Of a stretch of 64,000 bases of DNA, positions 60,900-64,000 are shown piece after piece. The notes below the pieces were generated by a model. That model was not told the DNA's origin, made no database searches, and saw only the letters and a list, made by a program, of their open reading frames with translations. This DNA is from Geosiphon pyriformis uo1 (taxonomy: Eukaryota; Fungi; Glomeromycota). The stretch spans positions 578,113 to 642,112 of the forward strand of contig JAAOMT010000400.1 in NCBI GenBank assembly GCA_016748015.1, read 5' to 3'. The stretch's first letter is position 1. Each line of letters begins with the position of its first letter. The position numbers and the translations under genes were made by a program.

Positions 60900-63805
60900 T
60901 CCTCTGGCCATTATGAGAGTGAAAAAAAATATGGAAGAAATCTTTTTATCTTATTCCTTCTTTCTTTGTTCATTTAAGTCATTTTTTCCAACACATTTAT
61001 TTTTGTCATAATGGAATCAGTGAGCATGTCTGCTGGTGGTTCTGGTTCATTATCAATTGGATTGGGGTCCCACTCTGGTAATAAAGATACCAAAAAAAAG
61101 ACATGAGTCAATAATGTATACTCTTGTGGTCCTTCTTTCAAGAAGCCAAACAAATCTGGGGCTTCCAGTGCCATTGTGGATTCATTGACTGGGCCTTTGT
61201 CTGCTGAAATATTACAAGCTACTGGTATTAGACACGACAGATCTTAGGGCAGTGAGATAGAAAGCGAAGAAAGCAGTGTGAGTGAAGTGTCAGATGTGGA
61301 GAACTTGAAGGGCACAGTTATTAAAGAAATGAGCTATATTGACTCCAATGCTTCTGAAATAAATGACATAATGGATAATGCAACTCTTAAGAAAACACAG
61401 ACGAAAACTTATGTCTTAGAACAACTGCCAAAGGTACCCTCCTTTGTGGATGTAAGTAAAGATAATAATGAGTTGGTGCTCCCAGTGCCTAAATTTGTTG
61501 GACCCAATTAGCTATTATCTGTCGAGTCACGTGTCCTGAAAAAATGAAGTTTCGAGCCAGTAAAATTGTTTACATTAGATGTTGAACTATCTGCTATACC
61601 TGGAAAAACTAATGGTAATAAGCTTATTATGATTAAAAAGATTTTTTATCGAATAAATGGTTTTGGGGGGGCTTCTACTCCCTCAAAATTCCCAGAAATC
61701 ATTAGATCTTCATTTACTTCTGAGAAAAGTTTGAAAAAAGCAAGAGATTTGGCTGTCAGTGAGAAAATCTTAGTTAATAATAATGTTAAGCAGGTAAACA
61801 AGTGTTCAAATCAGAAAATTATTGTTAAGGAGATTCCTGTTGATCTTCCCAAATCAGCAGTAGAATTTGTTTACCAAATTTAGCAAAATTGTGTCGATTA
61901 AAATGCAACTGATTGGTTTATGGCAAAAAGCTTTGATAGAGTTTAAGTTTTCTGAAATAGCTAATTTGGTCGCAGCTGAATGGTCTATTCTCATGGAAAA
62001 GAACTCCATTCATGTGGCAAAGGCAGTTAATAACAAACAAACATGAGTATTAAGAAACCAACATCAAGCATTGCTATATACACTACCTGTTGGCACTACT
62101 GCTTATGATCTTTCTGGCTTATTGGCATCCTATGATAAGAAAATTTGTTTTATCGGTCATAATTTGGCAATGTATGTTCATGATAAGTGTGCTGTAATTT
62201 GTTTTGGTAATGAGACATCCAAATTGGCAGCCATTGGTTTTCTGCCTGTTTTCAAGAGTGTGAATTTGTATTGGGCTGGTCTCTTTTTGGCTTGTTGCGT
62301 TAAATGTAAACAATATGATCATGTTTCTGATTTCTGTTTATTGGGAGGTCTCTCTGGCATTTGTGGGAAATAGGTGGTAACTCCTCAGGATCAGGTTTGT
62401 TTGGCCAATATATATAAGAAGAAACAGGCTCCCATCACTCATCCAGTTTCTTTTGGTGGTCTCTTCTGGGCAAAGGTTGTTGGTGGGTTTTCTTTCTCTC
62501 TTCTCTCTGTTCGAAAGGTTTTGGCTAATGTTGGCTTTTTTTCAGAGATGAAGCCATCTCTACCAGTTGTGAATGGAATCAATAATAGGTTTGCTGCTCT
62601 TGAGTGTAGTCTCGCCAGCCTTGCAGAACAGGTGGACAAGCTGGCTAAGAGGTTGGATGTACTTGGGCCAATGGTTTCTCAGCCTAGCCCTGAATGTCAG
62701 CCATTGGTGATCTCTTCATTACAGGATTAAGGGGTGGATGTAGTAATAAGTGAGAGTTTGGGTGCATCTGCTGGTGGTGTGGCTGTTGTGGAAGTGGTGT
62801 CATTTGATATGTCTTCAGTATTAAAGCTGAAAGACAGCATGAAGTGTTTGATAGAAATGGTTTTGGGGCTTTCAGCCAAAGTGGATAGTCTTAGTACAGA
62901 TTTGGTATCACAACCTCCTTTCCAATGAGTGATCTAGTTTGAAAAGTTGCCACCTGTAATGTTAGGGGAATGAACAATCCTACAAAACAGAATAATATCA
63001 TGTGTTGGCATAAGGATATAAACAATTTGGTTTCGATTTTAACAGAGACAAAGCTAAAAGGAAAGATCTGCCCTTGGATTGCTAACAAATTCAGTGGTGT
63101 CCGAGTGTTTATCTTAGATTTGAACTCTGGGTACTTGGGTTTGGGTGTTGCTATAGTTATGAATAATTCTTTGACAAAACATGTGTATAAGGTCTCTAAG
63201 GTATCTGGTCATTTTATTTCTATCAAGTTGTTCTTTAGGAATAGATTTTCTGTTTCGATTCTAGGGCTCTATGCTGGTGCTTCTTCTGCAATTCGTTTCT
63301 TTCAGGCTGATGTTATTAATTTTCTTATTGCCAAAGCTACAAATAAGTCCACTTTTGTTATTTTTGGTAGTAACTTCAATAAAAATGGCTCTTACAAGTG
63401 TGCAAGCTTTAAAAAGTGTTTTAGTCTAGGTCTAGTTAATTCATTGACTAAAAGCTCAGTGACCAAAATGCCTACATGGGAGAATTCCAGAGGTATTGTT
63501 AAGATAATTGACTACATTTTTGTTTCTTTAAATTTGGTTAACACAATTTTGTGCTGTAATATTCTAGGTGTTGATGAGCACTTTGACATAGATCATTATG
63601 CTGTCTCTGTGTCCATGGGTTTGGGAGAACTTTTGAATATGCAGTTGAACTCTTTTCACAAACAGGCTAACAGAGATTGCTGAAAGTTTGATGTTAAAAA
63701 TGCTAATGAGGTTACATGGAATGAGTTCAAGGATGCTATGGCAGCTAATGTTGCTATGTTCTCTGATGGGTTTGCTATATCTAAGAGGTATTTGGATCTG
63801 GATGC
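60900..63805 (+). mobile_element. LINE copy 2 (ORF1 61011-62928, ORF2 APE domain 62925-63805), interrupted by LTR-A
   Basis: Colinear with 34080-37020; CVKCKQYDHVSDFC; TETKLKG, GSNFN, IDYIF, DIDH. Confidence 0.92.
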
Positions 63806-64000
63806 TGTTACCGGAGGTTTTTGGTCTCTTTTCTTGAATGTTGTTAATGTTTGTTTGTTGTGAATTCACGTTTTCTAGAAGTAGTTAAACCTCTAATAAC
63901 TGAATTTATCTTCAAATTATCTCCTATAATTTGAACTGCTGGGCTTATAAGTGGAATGGCCAATTCTGTGCCAGTTACTTTATGTAGTTACATTGTAGTA
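63806..64000 (-). repeat. LTR-A, partial (runs off the right edge)
   Basis: TGTTACCGGAGGTTTTTGGTCTC... matches 1720 and 12719. Confidence 0.93.

Noticed and set aside
63802-63805. ATGC flanking both LTR-A at 2704 and LTR-A at 63802 as one element's TSD
   Set aside because: The geometry is wrong (the tetramers face inward and the host sequences differ); better explained by target bias.

Overview
Eukaryotic, probably fungal, transposon-rich window. The elements resemble Glomeromycotina retroelements, possibly those of Geosiphon (inference, no database search run). It holds one intact host gene, a 9-exon flavin-containing monooxygenase (26650-28892, minus strand). The rest is nested retroelements. 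There are three Ty3/Gypsy families, here called A, B and C, defined by ~985, ~780-995 and ~650-690 bp LTRs, with 4-bp TSDs and a shared TGGTGCTC PBS. There are also APE/RT/RNase H LINEs and very AT-rich stretches that are still recognisable ghosts of the same elements. Main observations: (1) a post-integration C>T/G>A hypermutation gradient from pristine to ghost copies that is not limited to CpA or CpG; (2) family B carries a large Cys-rich module and a dUTPase between protease and RT; (3) families B and C carry apparently homologous, non-envelope ORF3s after integrase; (4) a complete 2.3-kb ORF1-only LINE derivative has a poly(A) tail, a 13-bp TSD and the 3' end motifs of the autonomous LINE; (5) a U5 segment of LTR-B can base-pair over the LTR end and PBS. 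Almost all TE ORFs are broken by stop codons that arise from transitions.
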